DNA of 6,355 nt from positions 1 to 6,355 of the forward strand of contig NW_021829360.1 of NCBI RefSeq assembly GCF_006345805.1, given 5' to 3'. Both the position numbers and the translations under genes were made by a program. Shown here piece by piece: positions 6,001 through 6,355 of this stretch (its first letter is position 1; each line of letters opens with the position of its first letter). This stretch comes from Octopus sinensis (lineage: Eukaryota). The notes beneath the pieces were generated by a model. It was not told where the DNA came from. It made no database searches and saw nothing but the letters and a program-made list of their open reading frames with translations.

Positions 6001-6128
6001 AACTTAGCGGTTCGACAGAAAAGTTACAAGCATACAAAGAATAAATCCAGGATCGATTTCTTCGACTAAAAGGCGATGCTCCAGCATGTCCCCAATCAAT
6101 GACTGAAGCAAGTAGAAAATAAAAAAAA
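6001..6128 (+). mobile_element. 5'-truncated 3' fragment of SINE family 2 (copy E)
   Basis: AACTTAGCGGTTCGACAG...CAAAGAATAAATCCAGGATCGATTTCTTCGACTAAAAGGCGATGCTCCAGCATG...AATGACTGAAGCAAGTAGAAAATAAAAAAAA is colinear with the reverse complement of 4570-4710, with an internal deletion. Confidence 0.88.
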
Positions 6129-6130
6129 TG

Positions 6131-6200
6131 CACACACGCACGCACACACTCTCTATCTCTACCCCTCTCTCTCTCTCACACACACACACATACACACACT
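6131..6200. repeat. Compound (CA)n/(CT)n microsatellite
   Basis: CACACACGCACGCACACACTCTCTATCTCT...CTCTCTCTCACACACACACACA, direct reading. Confidence 0.92.
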
Positions 6201-6310
6201 ATATACAAGGAGATGGGGTAGATTCTGGTGATATGGCAGTTAATGAGAAATTCTCTTTGAGTCGGGGCAGAGGAATGTCGATAAGTTACACAGTCGATTT
6301 TGTGTTCTTT

Positions 6311-6352
6311 CTAACATTTTTTTTTTTTTTTTTTGCAAATGAAAATTTCTAG
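6311..6352 (+). promoter_or_regulatory. Candidate 3' splice site (branch point CTAAC, T18 tract, TAG)
   Basis: CTAAC at 6311-6315, 18 T at 6317-6334, and no AG until TTTCTAG at 6346-6352. An exon would begin at 6353, outside what can be evaluated. Motif-only evidence. Confidence 0.3.
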
Positions 6353-6355
6353 AAA

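Noticed and set aside
5424-6352. Long ORFs rich in Y/I/H/T
   Set aside because: These are translations of (TA)n and (CA)n microsatellites, which lack stop codons in some frames.

Overview
AT-rich, repeat-dense eukaryotic non-coding DNA (intron or intergenic), most likely from an octopus or other coleoid cephalopod. That assignment rests on my recall of two tRNA-derived SINE families typical of Octopus genomes, not on a database search. There is no credible complete CDS, RNA gene or CRISPR array, and the listed ORFs mostly run through microsatellites, tandem repeats or SINEs. The window holds three copies of one SINE family (two on the minus strand embedded in (AAT)n tracts, one dimeric copy on the plus strand) and four pieces of a second, CORE-like SINE family. 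It also holds a 924-bp non-autonomous DNA transposon (2095-3018) with ~96% identical 161/165-bp TIRs, GG..CC ends, a 6-bp TSD (GTTATA) and a one-sided subterminal array of TIR-derived units. Other elements are a 42/46-bp alternating minisatellite grown from one arm of an older inverted repeat, an 11-bp palindromic insert flanked by an 8-bp duplication that resembles a transposon footprint, and many microsatellites. Two weak splice-signal candidates suggest the window could be intronic. I found no evidence for a new protein-coding system; the most unusual structures are transposon-related.
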